Notes: generated by a model from the letters alone, not told the origin. DNA of 64,000 bases from Octopus sinensis (GCF_006345805.1 NC_042999.1:39432001-39496000), one strand, 5' to 3'. Counted from the first letter of the stretch, positions 39,071-53,034 are shown. Numbers and translations: made by a program.

Positions 39071-39772
39071 ATCATTAGACATTTATCAATAATAATTTCC
39101 TTTCATCTTGCCACTAGGCCACTACGTGTTTGATGGACACGCGTGTTTGATAGGCGACAGCGTGTTTGATGGGCACCGAACTCTATCTCAATTTCAATTC
39201 CTTGTGATAGCTTGAATCGATTTTGGAGTGTAAGACTGCATGGTACACACATGACAGATCTCCACATATGGGCTAATGAGTCATATTGTGTAGTATGTAA
39301 TATTCCTAGCATTTCTGGGAATGCAATGCCAATATTCCACTGCTTTGAGTCTATAGGAAATCTTGCATGGGGAAAGGCATGCCCCAGTTTCCAAGACTTA
39401 ATTGACAGGCCACTTGTTCAAACACTTCGTCATCAGTCGTGTACTCCATTGATTACTGATAACTGGCAATTCTTCAAGCAAAAGACACGTATCTGCTGGC
39501 ATCGCACTGTTATGCCAATGAAATGGCATCCATTCCATAACTTCAGGCACAAGGAAGTTATTTGCAGTGCATGTGAGAAAAGATATGATATTCTGGTTCC
39601 TTATATGGATGTGCCCATTGCTGAGGTTACATATTACAGAATCCATTGTCTATTTTTAATCAAAAGTAGTCGAACATGGTAGGTCGGGGTTTCTGCTGTT
39701 TTTTTCTCTATATTTTAGGGCGGAGCTGGATGTATTTTCTTTTTCAAATATTACGAATTATGAGACAATATA

Positions 39773-40338
39773 TTGGGTTGTCCGGAAAGTTCGTGCCGGT
39801 TTTTAAAGGAAAGAAAAAGGTCAATAAATACTTGCCATTACATTTTTAATTAACCAAATATGAACCATTTGGTTGTAAAATGTGTCTCCATCTTTCCTTT
39901 AACTTGAACATACTCTCTTCCCAGAATTGAGATGGTTTCATGGCAAATGGTTCATCAAGGTATCTTTTTACATCATCCAAGCTATCGAAATTTTTACCAT
40001 TAAGACTATTCTGCAGAGAACTGAATAAGTGGAAATCCGAAGGAGCAATATCTGGTGAATGTGGAGGGTGAGGTAACACATCCCAGCCGAGCTGCAGCAA
40101 TTTTCGTCTGGTTCCCAAAGCATCAAGTGCCGAAAATGAACTTTCTTATCTTCCATTTTATAGGGTTACGGAATTAACACAGGTTATAGGAACATAAAAG
40201 TTCTTTCACTAAAAGAGAGCTTAAGTTGTGCTCTAAATGGAGGTGTAGTCAAACCCTATTTTATGGACTCAACCATGGTCTAAAATAAGTCGAATGGTAA
40301 GCTACTATAAATCGGCGCGAACTTTTGAGACAACCCAA
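39773..40338 (-). mobile_element. Internally deleted mariner element with TIRs and TA target duplication
   Basis: TA-ttgggttgtccggaaagttcgtgccg ... cggcgcgaacttttgagacaacccaa-TA; HPPHSPDIAPSDFHLF transposase C-terminus. Confidence 0.92.
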
Positions 40339-40539
40339 TATATACATACATGATTATGGTGATGTCAACGACGACGACAATGATGTCGACGATGACGACG
40401 ACGACAACGAGAATGTAATCGAACTATGGATATATCTTTGACTCCTTAACTTGTTTCAGCTTTAAAGCTGCTCTGATGCCAATGAAAACTTGCTGCAATG
40501 CGAGCCAGCAATTTTGGATTCATGCAAGAAAGATACCGC

Positions 40540-40782
40540 GTACTGACATAGATATCAGTCCGTGTACCAGGGAGTGCTGTGAAGATCCTCGCTTGAAGGG
40601 TCTCGTGAAAGTCTTGGTGGGAGGCCCAACATTCGGAATTGTTTACAGGCGTTCGCAAATCTGAAGGTTCGCTGCAATAAGTGTGTCAATGTGAGAGAGG
40701 AATATGTTGAATAAAATCATAAATAAGTGACCCTTCTGTATTTTCATTTATCCAAAGCCAAGGATTTTCAGCACACCCTCGT
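40540..40782 (+). mobile_element. Mariner 3' end remnant
   Basis: Decayed KCV...EYVE* and terminal ttttcagcacaccctcgTA. Confidence 0.55.
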
Positions 40783-41279
40783 ATGTAGATATTATAGAGC
40801 TAATGTATGCTTCATTAAAATACATCAAGTTTTATATGAATTATATGTGGTGTGTAATACGAACAACTAATATCGAAATATATTGTGACTTGTGGTAATA
40901 ACAATAAAGTCCATTAGCGGTGAAACATTCTCTGCTTCCTCTATATCAAGGATGTTATCTATGAAATAATGCCGAATATCTATTTCTTGACTTTCTAAAG
41001 GATTCTATCCCTCATAACAAAAGCTTATTTCCTGCTGTCGGAGACTACTTTCAAAATATTATTCCGTGAAAAATAAGCTTTTACAACTAATACACTGTCA
41101 GCGGAAATGTGAAAACTCTCATATAAGGAGTCTCATTATACAGAATACAAATGATATATTAGTCCTATATATATGGCAACAAAGGACGGAAAATATATAT
41201 CGCAAAATGCTGAATGATAGCGTCTGCAACTCAATAGTGCATCCATGCATATATAATACATACATACATGCATACAGAC

Positions 41280-41349
<70 letters not shown>

Positions 41350-41376
41350 ATGTGTGTGTGTGTGTGTGTGTGTGTA

Positions 41377-42558
41377 TCAGGTTGAGTACAAATTAAGCAA
41401 CGTTTTTCACGATGAAGTATTTGTACCGTAATTTTACAGAGTTATGAATATTTTTAAAACACTTTTTTGCAATCGTCTGATAATTCAGACTTAGACTTGC
41501 CTACATGCATCGATAAATTAAAATTGATATCATTTTCACCGTTGCTACAGTCGTCTGAAATGAAATTGTTAAAGTGCGATATTACAAAAGGGCGTAAACA
41601 GCCGAAACAGCTCGCGATGTGAACGAAACTTTTGGTGAGGAATTGATTAGAGAGTGCTCGGCTCGAAAATGGTTTAAACGATTTTGCAGTGGAGACCTGG
41701 GCCTTCAAGATTTTGAGCGTAGTGCACGCCAATCTGTCATCGATGATGGTCAGTTAAAAACCGTTATTGAGAAAGACCCATGTAAAACCATTCGCGAACT
41801 GGCAAAATAGTTAGCCAGAAAATGCTGTAACTATTTGCATGCGATCGGAAAATCAAAAACGCTCGATAAATTGGTATCACACGATTTGAATCAAAATCAC
41901 AAAATGCGCAGATATGAAATTTGCTCGCCTCTTGTTATCCGCAAGGAGACCGAGCCACTCTTCGACCATACTGAAATCTGAGATGAAAATTGGTTTCTGT
42001 ATAATAACAAAAACGTTCTCCCTGGTGTTTGGACCAAAATGATATAAAAAAAAACCTTCCCTAAATTCGAGCTCTTAAAATGGTGATTGTTTGGTGCTGT
42101 AATGCTGGACTCATCCACAGTTGCTGCAGAAACATATTGCCATGAAATTGTCAAAGTCAACGAAGAACTTTACTCACGCGTCCAAGACTGGTGAACTGAG
42201 GAGGGCCAATCATTCTTCACGACAACGTTCGGTCACACATTTTGTAATGACGCACCAGAAGTTGAGAGAACTTGGCAACGAATTTCTTCCCTACCCAGCA
42301 TATTTCCTAAACCTATCTCCTACCGATTATGCAAGAAACCATCAAACATAATATCGATTCTTACAGTGCGTTCAAAGAGTTCATCAGCTTCAGAACTCCA
42401 GCTTTGTATGTTACCGGAATAAACAAACCTGTAACTCGTTGACAAAAATGTGCCTTCATTGTAATGGTGCTTACTTTGATGAATAAACTTACCGCATTGT
42501 TGAAATATATGGTGATGAATTTCACGTTCAAACGTTGCTTACTTTTTACACAGCCTGA
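41377..42558 (+). mobile_element. Near full-length degenerate mariner with TIRs and TA duplication
   Basis: TA-tcaggttgagtacaaattaagcaacgtt ... aacgttgcttactttttacacagcctga-TA; RKWFKRFCSGD..L.D..RS HTH region, decayed WVPH and YSPDL motifs. Confidence 0.9.
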
Positions 42559-42570
42559 TATATATGTATG

Positions 42571-42604
<34 letters not shown>

Positions 42605-42675
42605 TGTATGTATGTATGTATGTATGTATGTATGTATGTATGTATGTATGTATGTATGTATATATGTATGTATGA
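42555..42675. repeat. (TATG)n microsatellite
   Basis: Direct observation. Confidence 0.95.
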
Positions 42676-42774
42676 ATGTATTCTGTGCGCGCAGAAGTGT
42701 CACTGTGTCTAGTGTAGTTGCACGGGGGCTTTCCTGATTTTTTAGTCGGCATTTGTGTGTGTATGCGTGTGTGG

Positions 42775-43760
42775 CTCGATACAAGTTCACAAATTTCTGC
42801 AAAATGCATGCAATCAAGTACATTTTGATTCTGCCCTACCGCCCTAGATCAAATGGGCAAGGAGAACAATTCGTTGACACGTTTAAGTGAACACTAAAAA
42901 TGAAAAGAACTAGTTAGGAAATGACGAAGCGCTAACTCAATTCTTAAGATAGTACAGAATAACGCCCAATACAAATACCAGTTCAGGCAAGTTGCCTACA
43001 GAGGTAGTGTTCACTCGGAAGATAAAATCTATCTTCGACCAAGAAAAAAATGTGTACAGAAAATACAAGCAATTCAACAAAATATTTTAATGTCGGAAAC
43101 AGAATCCATTGCAAAATATACAAGAACGACAAAGAAGGTTGGAAGAACGGTATATGGAAGCACTCCGTCGGTTACGACGATGAGGGTTCCGGTTGATCCG
43201 ATCAACGGAACAGCCTGCTCGTGAAATTAACGTGTAAGTGGCTGAGCACTCCGCAGACACGTGTACCCTTAACGTAGTTCTCGGGGATATTCAGCGTGGC
43301 ACAGAGAGTGACAAGGCCGGCCCCTTGTAATACAGGTACAACAGAAACAGGAAGCAAGAGTGAAAGAAAGTTGTGGTGAAAGAGTACAGCAGGGATCACC
43401 ACCATCCCTGCCGGGGCCTCGTGGAGCTTTAGGTGTTTTCGCTCAAAGAACACTCACAACGCCAGGTCTGGGAATCGAAACCACGATCCTACGACCGCGA
43501 GTCCGCTGCCCTAACCACTGGGCCATTGCGCCTCCGGAAGAACGGTATAGTGACTAAAAGAAGTGGAAACGTGATGTATATATAATAATAGGTCAACGAT
43601 GGTTGCATAAACGGCACCTAAATCAATTACAAATTAGACACAAGGAAGAAAGGAAGGAAATTGAAATGAAGGTGTTTTACATGTTCGATGTGCCAACGCC
43701 AAAAGAGATTGAGCCTAGAAACAGTAGTAATGCAAAACGTAAACAGACTGAACATTTAGA
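42775..43760 (+). mobile_element. Gypsy-type integrase C-terminal remnant, split by a SINE
   Basis: Decayed FTNFCKMHAIK...PY.PRSNGQ.E.FV.TFK...TQFL..YRITP...; GWKNGIVTKRSG...HKRHLNQL continues across the SINE once the duplication is removed. Confidence 0.75.
43155..43535 (-). mobile_element. Complete tRNA-derived SINE with a 14-bp target site duplication
   Basis: Minus head ggaggcgcaatggcccagtggttaggg...gtttcgattccc (A and B boxes); TSD ggaagaacggtata at 43141-43154 and 43536-43549. Confidence 0.92.
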
Positions 43761-43910
43761 AATAATTCTTAAGCGGTAATGTTGTTAACCAGGGAATCCA
43801 AATCTCAAAAAGGGACAGATGTTGGAAGGCATAAAGATAAAGTAATAATAATAATAATACGATAGAATAGGTTTCGTTCCCTAGAGAAGTCGAAATCTCA
43901 AAGAGGGATA

Positions 43911-44196
43911 TGTTGAGCCGAGAGACACGACACCGCCTGCAAAAAAATAGACTGATCGAGTGATTATAAATAGTAGTGGTCTGAGTGAGATAGGAGAGAG
44001 TAAGCATTAATTGCAGGAAGTCGTAAGGTGTCGTTTTGGTTGTTTGTCAGAATATCGTTTGTTGGTTCATGTATAGTTCGTTGGAAGTTTGTTGGATTGT
44101 TACGTTGTTGTTACCCTGATTCGTTATATATTTTATTGTTACTACACAGTTATAGTGTTAAAAAAAAGTATCGTGATAAAAATTGGCGATGCAACA
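43911..44196 (+). mobile_element. 3' LTR of the Gypsy element
   Basis: TGTTG...CAACA termini, 286 bp, preceded by purine tract aagagggata, downstream of the integrase remnant. Confidence 0.75.
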
Positions 44197-44350
44197 GAAC
44201 TGCAGGCAATACTCATTTTCGGCAGCTGAGTCGATTGGAGCAAAGTGAAATTAAATGAATTGCTCAAGGACACAACGCGTGGCTGGGGATTGTACTCTCG
44301 TCCCTACGATCGTAAGCCGAATTCTCTAACCACTAAGCAACACGCCTTGA
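44197..44350 (-). mobile_element. tRNA-SINE 5' part
   Basis: Minus-strand head related to the SINE at 15669 (ttagtggttagag...gagtacaatcc...gtgtccttgagcaa). Confidence 0.7.
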
Positions 44351-44616
44351 ATTATATGCGCTTGTGTGTGTATGTTTGTGTGTGTGTGTATGTGTCTGTG
44401 CATGTAGGTATGTATATGTGTTGTGGTGGCAAACTTCTTCATGTGTAGAAGAATTTCTTTTGCGCTATTCCTTCTGCTGTTTACATTCTTTGTTTAAATC
44501 AGTTCGAGACCGACTTGATTTCAGTTTTTAAAGTCGGTGAAATAAGTAGCAATTGGAAACCAGTGGCGACGAACTCAAATTAAAACCTCATTTAATATTA
44601 CTAGTGTAATGCCGTG

Positions 44617-44688
<72 letters not shown>

Positions 44689-44689
44689 C

Positions 44690-44925
44690 ATTATAGAAAT
44701 AGGGTGAAATATAATTAATTTAATAAAATCAGCAAATTTCACCTAGTAGTGTTTCGGTATGGAAAAGGACCATATTCAGGAAAAACTTATATAATTTTAG
44801 AAATAGCAGCCAAAGGTCTACTAGTCTGTGGAAACATATTTTTGTAGTAAAAGGAAATAGTAGTCCTTTGGCTGCTATTTCTAAAATTGTCGGTATGTGG
44901 TTAAGCAACTTGTTGCAAATAACCC
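44690..44925. repeat. Penelope-pLTR-like repeat with a 22-bp perfect hairpin and decayed HHR-like core
   Basis: ttttagaaatagcagccaaagg (44795-44816) pairs with cctttggctgctatttctaaaa (44865-44886). Minus strand cCTGAAtatggt...accGAAAC near 44752-44780. Confidence 0.5.
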
Positions 44926-44931
44926 TTATTG

Positions 44932-44972
<41 letters not shown>

Positions 44973-46172
44973 TATTTATGCATATTTATACATATGCATA
45001 TATATGTGCATATTCATCTATTTATCTATGTATATATATACATATATACGTATATATGTATATATATATATATATATATGTGTGTGTATGTATATACGTA
45101 TATATGTATATATATACATATATACGTATATACATACACACATATGTATATATATACACCCACACAGATGTTTATGTATGTGTTCGTATATCAATATTCA
45201 TATATTTTATGTAAGTAGAAGTTACATACGAGGTGTCTAATAATATATGCAAAATACTGTAAAAGTACACATAAAATGACCGTGTACATACACTGAGACC
45301 GGCAGATACAGTACATTATTCATCATTGGCAAGTGCATTTCAACATAACATAATTGTTTCAATAATCTGTGTATGCTTCTATATGTAAGTATACACATAT
45401 ATTTGTGTATACTTATGAATATATATATGTAGGCAAGTTTAGTTTGATGCATATATATCGATGCACACACACAGACACACACATATATATATATGCACAA
45501 TATATGTGTATGAGTAATTGCGAGTTGTATACATGTGTGTTTGTTTACGTACAAAGAAAACTATGAGAAATTTATTCTCGAAGACTAAACGCCATTAACA
45601 TACGATTGAATTCATTCACCTCACATCTCACCCAAACGTCAAATTGTTCCTTATAACTGGCAACGAGTTTATAGGTCAGAACAGCTCTATTGAAATCATT
45701 TTTTTAAAGGTATTTTTCGACATTATTTTTCTTCTATTCTTCGCTTCATTGAGTAGAAGACAATATTTATAGCATGTTTCTTTGTCCATCTCTTGTATTA
45801 TGTATACATTTTTTTATTTTACCATTCTTTAGATTTTCATTGCAATATTTTTGTTAAATTTCTAAGATTTTCGTGCAAGTTAGCATTAAATTACCATTGT
45901 TCGGAAACGGAAAATTACTCTTCTTCTGATTTTTCTCATATAAGTCTTATACATTTATTTATTTATTATTTTATTTTTTTTGCAAAATTCTGTGTTTTAT
46001 TTTATATTTCTGTCATCTGTTGGTTTTTGATACATCTCTTCCTTTTCTTCTTTGTTTTCCATTTGATTTTTTCGAAATAATATTCTAATATCGCATACAC
46101 AGTACCTTATTAATGGCTATAATAAGAACAAAAACAAATACTATAACAACTAAAACAGCAGCGGCAATAATA

Positions 46173-46270
<98 letters not shown>

Positions 46271-46569
46271 TTAAAAGTACCATCATCATCATCATCAGTT
46301 TCATTTGATATACAGTAGTGTAAAAGAGTGCTGAAATAATTTCAAACAGCTCGCCTTAAAGGAGATGTAAGAGAGAGCAGTGGAGCATTATAAAGAAAAT
46401 AATTGATTCATGCCGAGATATTTTCTGATGTGTAAAGAAAATCTATCGTTAAGTGTTAAATGGAAATTCGATGAAGCCTGAAAGAGTTATCAATTAATCC
46501 GTATAAGTGAGATGCAATTCATAAACGAGTATTTTGAAATGTTATGCTTTATTTGGCGTTTGTTTTTCG

Positions 46570-47270
46570 GTTTGAAATATGAGTATGTACGTATGTATGT
46601 ATGCATGTATGTATGTATGTATGTATGTATGCATGTATGTATGTATGTGTGCATGTATGTATGTGTGAATGTATATATGTATGTATGTGTGTGTATGTAT
46701 GTATGTATGTACGTATGTATGTATGTATGTATGTACGTATGCATGTATGTATGTATTTATGTATGTATGTGTGTATGTATGTATGTATGTGTGTATGTAT
46801 GTATGTGTGTATGTATGTATGTGTGTATGTATGTATGTAGGTATGTATATATGTATGTATGTATGTATGTACGTATGCATGTATGTATGTATTTATGTAT
46901 GTAGGTGTGTATGTATGTATGTGTGTATGTATGTATGTATGCATGTATGTATGTGTGTATGTGTGTGTGTATGTATGTGTGTATGTATGTATGTGTGTAT
47001 GTATGTATGTATGTGTGTATGTATGTATGTATGTAGGTATGTATATATGTATGTGTGAATGTATGTATGTATGTATGTATGTATGTATGTATGTATGTAT
47101 GCGTGTATGTATGTATGTATGTGTGTATGTATGTATGTGTGTATGTATGTATGTATGTGTGTGTATGTATGTATGTATGCATGTATGTATGTATGTATGT
47201 ATGTATGTATGTGTGTGTATGTGTGTATGTATGTGTGTATGTGTGTATGTATGCATGTATGTATGGATAT
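46570..47270. repeat. ~700-bp compound (TATG/TG)n microsatellite
   Basis: Direct observation; source of the many YVCM/HTYI ORFs. Confidence 0.95.
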
Positions 47271-47339
47271 AGGTAGGTAGTTAGGTAGGTGCGCTGGATG
47301 GTATGTATTTATGTATATATATATATATATATGTGTATT

Positions 47340-47505
47340 ACTCTTTTTACTCTTTTACTCTTTTAATTGTTTCACTCATTTCACTGCAGCAATGCAAGAG
47401 CACCGTCCTTAGTCGAGGAAATCGACTACAGGACTTGTTCTTTGTTAAGCCTTGTACTTATTCTATTGTTGTTTTTGCCAAACCGCTAAGTTACGGGGAT
47501 CAATA
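47340..47505 (-). mobile_element. 3' half of the SINE family seen at 12716
   Basis: Reverse complement matches 13000-13159. Confidence 0.75.
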
Positions 47506-47544
47506 TCCTCCTGAACAACCTACACCCAGCTCTCCAATTTACAA

Positions 47545-48491
47545 AGGAGATGAGTAGTACCAAATTACCATTCCTAGATATAATGGTAATTAAAAAAGAC
47601 ACCACCATCACCACAGATATATACTATAAACACACAGACACACATCAATACCTAAATTTTAAGTCGTGCCATCCACCACATACAAAACGCAACATCCCAT
47701 ACTGCCTAGCCAGAAGAATTTGTACCATTATACAAGATGCAAATATCAGGAACAAACGCCTAACAGAACTAAGAGAATTTTTGCTCAAACAAAAATACCC
47801 ATCTCTACTTATAGAAAATGGCATACAGCGGGCTATAAAAATACCCATACAACAACCTAGGACAACCCAAGGAAGAGGAAAACAAGAACAAGTCATACCA
47901 TTCATAGTGACACACAACCCATGTCACCAGAATATCTTCAACATTGCCAAAGCAAACCTACCAATCATTGCCCAAAGTAATGAATTAAAAGACATAATCA
48001 CGGATCGAGCTATGGTTCTTAGTAAAAGACAGCCTAAAAGCTTGGAGTAATTACTAACAAAGGCAAAATTTGACATTAGCAACAAAGACCAAACATTCAC
48101 TGTATCTAAATGCAATGATAGCCGAAGTGGCACATGCCAATTCATACATACCGGCCAATATATAAACACAAAAACCGGGAAAATATTCACAAACGCGAAT
48201 ATGAACTGCAAAAGCAGAAATTTAATTTACTGCATCAAATACCCAAATTGTGAAGAAATATATGTAGGTCAGACGGGGAATGTACTATCATAACGCTCAC
48301 GTTTACACCGACAACAGATTAGAGACCCAGAGGTCCGTCAGATACCTTTGAGTAACCACCTAGCAACATGTGGTCGGAAAATATATATAATATTTCCATT
48401 CTACAAGTTACACAGCCCAAGAGAAATCGAGAGGAAAATCAAAAACAAGGATTTTATTGATAAATTCGAACCCAAGCTAAATAAGCAATAA
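47545..48491 (+). mobile_element. Penelope-like element (Neptune-like): RT thumb + GIY-YIG endonuclease, 5'-truncated and degenerate
   Basis: LPFLDI...TDIYYKHTDTHQYL...SCHP; KC.DSR..TC linker; NCKSRNLIYCI..PNCEEIYVGQT; R...H; FEPKLN. Two in-frame stops. Confidence 0.9.
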
Positions 48492-49799
48492 TAATAATAC
48501 TTAGATAGCAGGAAAATTATCTTATTTAGGGTTAAAAGTTCTATTGCCACCACCATCACCACTAGCAACAATAATTAAGGTGCTGACAATAATGATGATG
48601 TCAATTGAAATATAAAAATATAAACATCTCTGACAAAGGCTATTTACAACATTTCTAAAAATAGCCCAACAATTGCTACCTCGGCCAGGGTTAAGATACA
48701 GGACTCTTGACGTGTCCAACAAAACGTGACACCTAAACCAATCAGCTCAACCAACCAATCAACTTAAGTAATTGAGTGATACTACACACTGATTGGTCAG
48801 AATACAGTTTGCGAAACCTAGCAATTCACAATCTCTCGAAACATGCTGCGAGACTGTCCTGCTTATAATTGTAACGGTAACTTACATAAAATAAAGCAAT
48901 AAGTATGCCATACACTTCAAATTCAAGCTGGCTGACAGAAATAGGAGACGTAATATCCGTATGCACCTCTCGGTGGATCGTATTCTAGGGGAGTTGATTA
49001 AGTTTTAGTCTTCGCATGTCATTAGAAATCATCCCTATGCACATTTTATTTGGGCTTAATGCGTGACAGACTGCGTGTATGTAAGAGTAATTTTGTTAAT
49101 GCAATGTAATTACTGAAGCTCTGTCAGGTGTCATTGGCACTGATATCTCTAATGAAAAATATTCGGCATTTTATTTATTTATTAATATCATATAGATCTC
49201 ATATGAAATTAATACCGTCTGTTTGTTCTTATAATTGTTAATTATTTCGCTTCAAGATTCATTTTGCTGGTGATAAAAAAAAGCAGAAAAGAAGAAGAAA
49301 AATGATTCATTAAGTAACATAAGGAATTATATGATATTCCTGTAAAATTTATCTGCATAGTGTATGATTTCAGAAAATCTTGCATAAATTGAATGACTTT
49401 AACTACAGTATGGAAACCAACGTCATAATAAATACTATCGTAAGATAAGTCAATTAATTATTTTCGACAGAATATATGAAATTAATTCACTTCGTTTGCG
49501 TCATGATGAATTTGAATAAATAAGTTTTCTTATCATATAGACATAGCATCGAATGACTCGAGCGTACATTTTTCAGACACTAAGAGATCATCGCTTTTAT
49601 CGCTCTAGATAATGTATATAAAAGTTACATTTATTGGGGCTTCAGCAATCGATAAAATGTTACTTGTATTGACGAAATAAATGCGTCACATGGTTATATA
49701 AGGTCGGATATCTCTATATCCATCCATTTTCCTTTCTTTCTCTCGGTCTCCATACCTCTCTCTCTCTATCTATCTATCTAATAAAACGGGCTCGACATT

Positions 49800-50088
49800 T
49801 ATTCTTTGTAAGCCCAGTACTTATCCAATCGGTTCTTATGCCGAACCGCTAACGTACGGGGACGTAAAGACACCAAAATTGGTTGTCAAACAATGGTGGG
49901 GGACAAACACAGACACACAAACACACATACGGCGGGCCTCTTTCAGTTTCTGTCTACTAAATCCACTCACGAGGCTTTGGTCGGCTTGAAGCTATAATAG
50001 AATATACTTGCCCAAGTTGTCACACAGTGGGACTGAATCTGGAACCATGTTGTTAAGCAAGCTACTTACCACACAGCCACTTCTGCAC
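49800..50088 (-). mobile_element. tRNA-derived SINE (same family as 12716)
   Basis: Reverse complement of the head gtgtggtaagtagcttgc and of the central region. Confidence 0.85.
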
Positions 50089-51039
50089 CACACACACACA
50101 CACATCCACACACACACATTCATATACACATATGTATGTATATGTGTGTGTATGTGTGTGTGTGTGTATGCATGTATGTATATATAGATTATGTAAATTA
50201 TGTCTTCATCTGATAAGAAATATTACTCAGAGGAACAGAATTCCCTGGGAGCAAATTTATAAACCTGGGCATCTTCAATGCATTTAGTAGTTTACTATAA
50301 AATATTTCTTTAATCAATAGGCATTATGCAGCTCAAAATTTGCGGACTATATTTGATGTAGTCTTTGTGTTTATTTCGTTTAAATTATCTTTCTAATTCA
50401 TGAGTTCGTATCACATTTCCGTGACAAGATAGTCACTTATCATGTATAAAACACTTATCATGTATAAAACAATAAGCAAATTTCTGAAAATATGTGCAGA
50501 GAAAAGTATTGACATCTGGATTATATATGATAGTAAAACGTTTCAAATTAATTAAACTAGCTGTGTTAAATGGTTCCGTGAATTCACTCGTACAACATTT
50601 TATTTATATGGTATGACGAGAAAAGTTTGTTCATAATTCCCATTAGCCCAGCAACGAGAGCTTTATTGGAGAATGATATAATCTATAGACATCGTAGTTA
50701 CCTGAAAGATAATTACCAAAACTGCTATGTATGGAACTAGAAATAATTTTAAATTTAGTGTGAGGGATATTTCTAAATTCTTAAACTTTGTAGCATGACA
50801 CAGAATACATACATTAGAAAATCGATTGTTATAGAGGATCATCGACGCTAGGAATGATAACACGGGATGTATCGTTCCTCAAGTACTTAACTGAGGGTGA
50901 ATTCACCAAGCTTAACATTAGGTATATTTAAAGCTGTGAAATACAAAGTCGCCTCACTTTGAGTGAATTTAAACAGGATGATTAAACAGGAAATATCTCC
51001 CGATATTTCTTAACGTTAAAATTAATCGCGTATTATAGA

Positions 51040-52215
51040 CTGGAGTTGTATCACTTGGACTTACATGTTTACACATTTATCGCCTTCAAAAGTTTGTCCA
51101 CTTGAACCAATGCATCGATGAAGACGCATTTTCCACCGTTGTGAAATGATGTCTTTTAACTTCATCCGTTCCTTTTTTTCTTCACCTCTTCGACATTTGC
51201 AATGCAATTTCCTTTGAGAACGTTTTTTATTCATTCGGGGAAACAAAAAATGTTGCGAGGAGCAAGATCGGGTGAATAGGGAGGGTGGTTAAACAGGATA
51301 ATGCAATTTTTGAGGAAAAACTTTCTCACACTCAAGGTGGTGTGCGAATGTGCATTGTTGTGATGAAAGCACCACGGCGTTTTCGTCTCGCCGTGTCTCG
51401 CAAACATTTCAGAACTGCAATGTAAAATGTCTGTTTAAAAGTTTGACCAGATGGAACGAAGACTGTGTTGACAATTCTCTTCGCATCGATGAAATAAATC
51501 AGCATTGTCTTGACATTGTACTTCACTTGATGGAATTATGGGGGCGGGCGTGTTGACATTGAACGCTTCCATTGACTTGATTGCTGCTTGTTTCCGGGTT
51601 GTATCTGTAGCACTAGCTTTCGTCACCAGTGATGACCTTTGAATAGGGTTCGTATTAACTGCCAAGTCTTCTTTCACTACACGATGCGCATTCAGTCGTG
51701 ACTGCTTTTGATCTTCCGTGAGCGAACGATGCATAAATTTTGCTGCAACTCTTTTCATTCGCAATTCCTCGCTGAACATTCGTTAGCTGGAACTCCAGTA
51801 CACACTAGTCATATCAACGATACGTCAATTATGCGGCCTTGCGTGATGTTCTCCTTCGTTCAGGTGGTCGCCCTGAGAGAGGTTTGCTTCAAGCAACGTG
51901 ACCATTCCTAAATCGTAGAAACAACTAGTAAACCTGTGTTTTGTTCATGGCAGCATCCTTCTAAGTTGTTTGAAGCATGGCAGTTCTTTCGGCCGCCGTT
52001 TTCTCAAGCAGAAAAGAGAATTTCACGGAAGCACGCTGTCCCTTTCGTATCAGCCCTCGCAAAAGTCGACGAAGAGTGGAGTAGCACTGCAAAACAAAGA
52101 CGCACCACGTGGCAGTCCAAAGTCTGTGGACGAACCTGGTCGGCAGACGCATGCCTGAGGATCGCATCATGTGGCTTCTAGCAGCGAAAGCCTGAACTAC
52201 AACGGGCTTGTCCCA
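51040..52215 (-). mobile_element. Degenerate mariner transposon
   Basis: RMKRVAAKFMHRSLTEDQKQSR (WVPH/L region), KTMLIYFID..IV..FVPSGQT...FY..VLK.LR, RW..CI...G..FEGD*. Confidence 0.85.
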
Positions 52216-52828
52216 CAGAAAGCATCTCCCTTTACTTTTGGGTACCCTCTTTTATTTTTCTAGGTTGAAATTCCATCGATACAATTTGCCCTTTACGTCT
52301 ATCCGAGTATGTTCAATTGATGATCTATACATAAGTGATATGTCTCTGTTGCTGATTATTATTAAATAGATAATATTTTATTAAACTAAGTGTGTAATAA
52401 CGCTAAGTGATCTAAATAAAATCTGAATGTCTTATACTGGTAAAAGGCGTCGAATGCGTGCAAAGAGAACAAAACTAACACACTTCGTTAAGACCATTTC
52501 CATCTATAAAATAGCTGACACTTCTACTCAATGAAGATAACTAAAATAACTTATAATCGAGCAAATCAATTATTTTGCCTCAAACAACTTCTGGATATAT
52601 TGCAAAAAATAACATTATTTGAGATATGATTTCCAATATCCTGTAAGATTTTCATGGATTCCCATATTAATATCAAAATATCACAAGCACGAAAATTAGC
52701 AATAATGATGCCAATTATATATGTATATATATATATATAATTTGTTCACATGTCCTGGTAGACTTGGGACTTTAGATACTTTTCGATTTTGGATTTCGTT
52801 TATGGAGAACAAGTGCACATTTTCAAAT

Positions 52829-53034
52829 ATGGCAGAAACGTTAGCAAGTCGGGCGAAATGCATAGTGGTAGTTCGTTTACCAGTACATTCTGAGTTCAAA
52901 TTCCGTTGAGGTCGACTTTGCATTTCATCCTTTCGGGGTCGATAATGTAAGTACAAGTTGCGTACTGGGGGCGATCTAATCGACTAGTCCCTCCGTAAAA
53001 TTCTCGGGCCCTGTTCCTAGAGTAGAAAAGGATA
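52829..53034 (+). mobile_element. tRNA-derived SINE with CORE-like central domain
   Basis: B box gagttcaaattcc followed by gtcgactttgcatttcatcctttcggggtcgataa; a fragment of the same type lies at ~44500-44600. Confidence 0.75.

Noticed and set aside
39212-39682. 156-aa + strand ORF as a real gene
   Set aside because: No recognisable domain or splice context; it lies antisense to a decayed frame inside a probable repeat.
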